DNA from: Eubacteriales bacterium
GTDB lineage: Bacteria; Bacillota; Clostridia; Oscillospirales; CAG-382
Assembly: GCA_045631825.1 (NCBI GenBank)
Contig: JAZQVQ010000169.1
Location: forward strand, 1 to 37,273
Length of the DNA: 37,273 nt
Direction of reading: 5' to 3'
In this document: piece after piece, positions 37,062-37,273 of the stretch
Numbering within the stretch: position 1 is the stretch's first letter
How the letters are laid out: each line of letters opens with the position of its first letter
The notes under the pieces: model-generated
Told to the model about the DNA's origin: nothing
Database searches by the model: none
The model's input: only the letters and a program-made list of their open reading frames with translations
Program-made: the position numbers and the translations under genes

Positions 37062-37273
37062 TGGTGTCTTTAGACGTGGAAATAACCCCCCGGTTCTACC
37101 GGGGGCAAAAACGAGCGGAGCTACAATAAAAAGGGCGAGCTTTAAGCAAGCCCGAATATAGAAAAAGTAATAACCTCCAAGTAAAATGTAAGTGGCTTAA
37201 CATCGTGTTACATAATACAAGGAGTTTAAAAATATGTTAGAAAAGAATGATATCAGAAGTACGGCACACTCAA
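37060..37273 (+). mobile_element. Right copy of the 81-nt repeat, continuing into a 5' leader and a partial ORF. Candidate left end of an IS200/IS605-like insertion sequence, truncated by the window.
   Basis: 37060..37140 is the inverted match of 1..81. It has a subterminal GC hairpin at 37086..37104. An anti-SD-like cctcc at about 37174 could pair with the aaggag RBS at about 37219. Confidence 0.4.
37234..37273 (+). CDS. Partial CDS (first 13 codons, MLEKNDIRSTAHS...), possibly a Y1 (IS200-type) transposase TnpA
   Basis: The ATG lies 8 nt after aaggag. RSTAHS resembles the KSLAHT segment near the N-terminus of IS200 TnpA. Only 13 residues are visible. Confidence 0.3.
   Translation, partial: MLEKNDIRSTAHS

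Noticed and set aside
1-37140. Composite transposon or genomic island delimited by the inverted repeats
   Set aside because: The interior is essential core machinery (infB, nusA, dnaB, ftsH, murA, rplI) with uniform composition. The repeats are better explained as two independent element copies or as contig-end artefacts.

Overview
This is a low-GC Firmicutes/Clostridia-type chromosomal segment made almost entirely of housekeeping genes. On the minus strand (117-10449) lie rubrerythrin, murA, two membrane-anchored unknowns and the rimP-nusA-ylxR-ylxQ-infB-rbfA operon. The centre holds a methyltransferase, a propeller-like unknown and ymdB (+). It also holds cca, a HAD hydrolase and an HD hydrolase (-), an esterase gene remnant, rnmV with DUF4364-like and DUF1540-like genes, tRNA-Gln(CUG), an orphan ABC solute-binding lipoprotein and pfkA. 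The plus strand (22.4-36.9 kb) carries an HPr-like gene and a seven-gene aromatic amino-acid operon (tyrA-aroB-aroA-aroC-pheA-aroE/aroK fusion-aroQ). These are followed by rplI-dnaB, tilS-ftsH, pdxK and a flavin-reductase-like gene. I see no recognisable defence, toxin, CRISPR or secondary-metabolite system and do not claim one. Four things are not explained by ordinary annotation. (1) An eight-copy CTCGATATG motif array (4 direct + 4 inverted) with hairpin spacers sits just 3' of tRNA-Gln and is bracketed by terminators. (2) A 32-codon Phe/Tyr-rich leader ORF plus intrinsic terminator precedes the aro operon, a candidate ribosome-mediated attenuator. (3) 81-nt inverted repeats (79/81 identical) sit at both ends of the window. 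The right copy leads into a partial ORF resembling an IS200-type TnpA N-terminus. (4) Smaller oddities include a possible YycH/YycI-like membrane pair after rbfA, an acidic insertion in NusA, a His-less HPr-like protein, an orphan binding protein and an esterase remnant. All functional calls rest on motif recognition by eye, and no database search was run.
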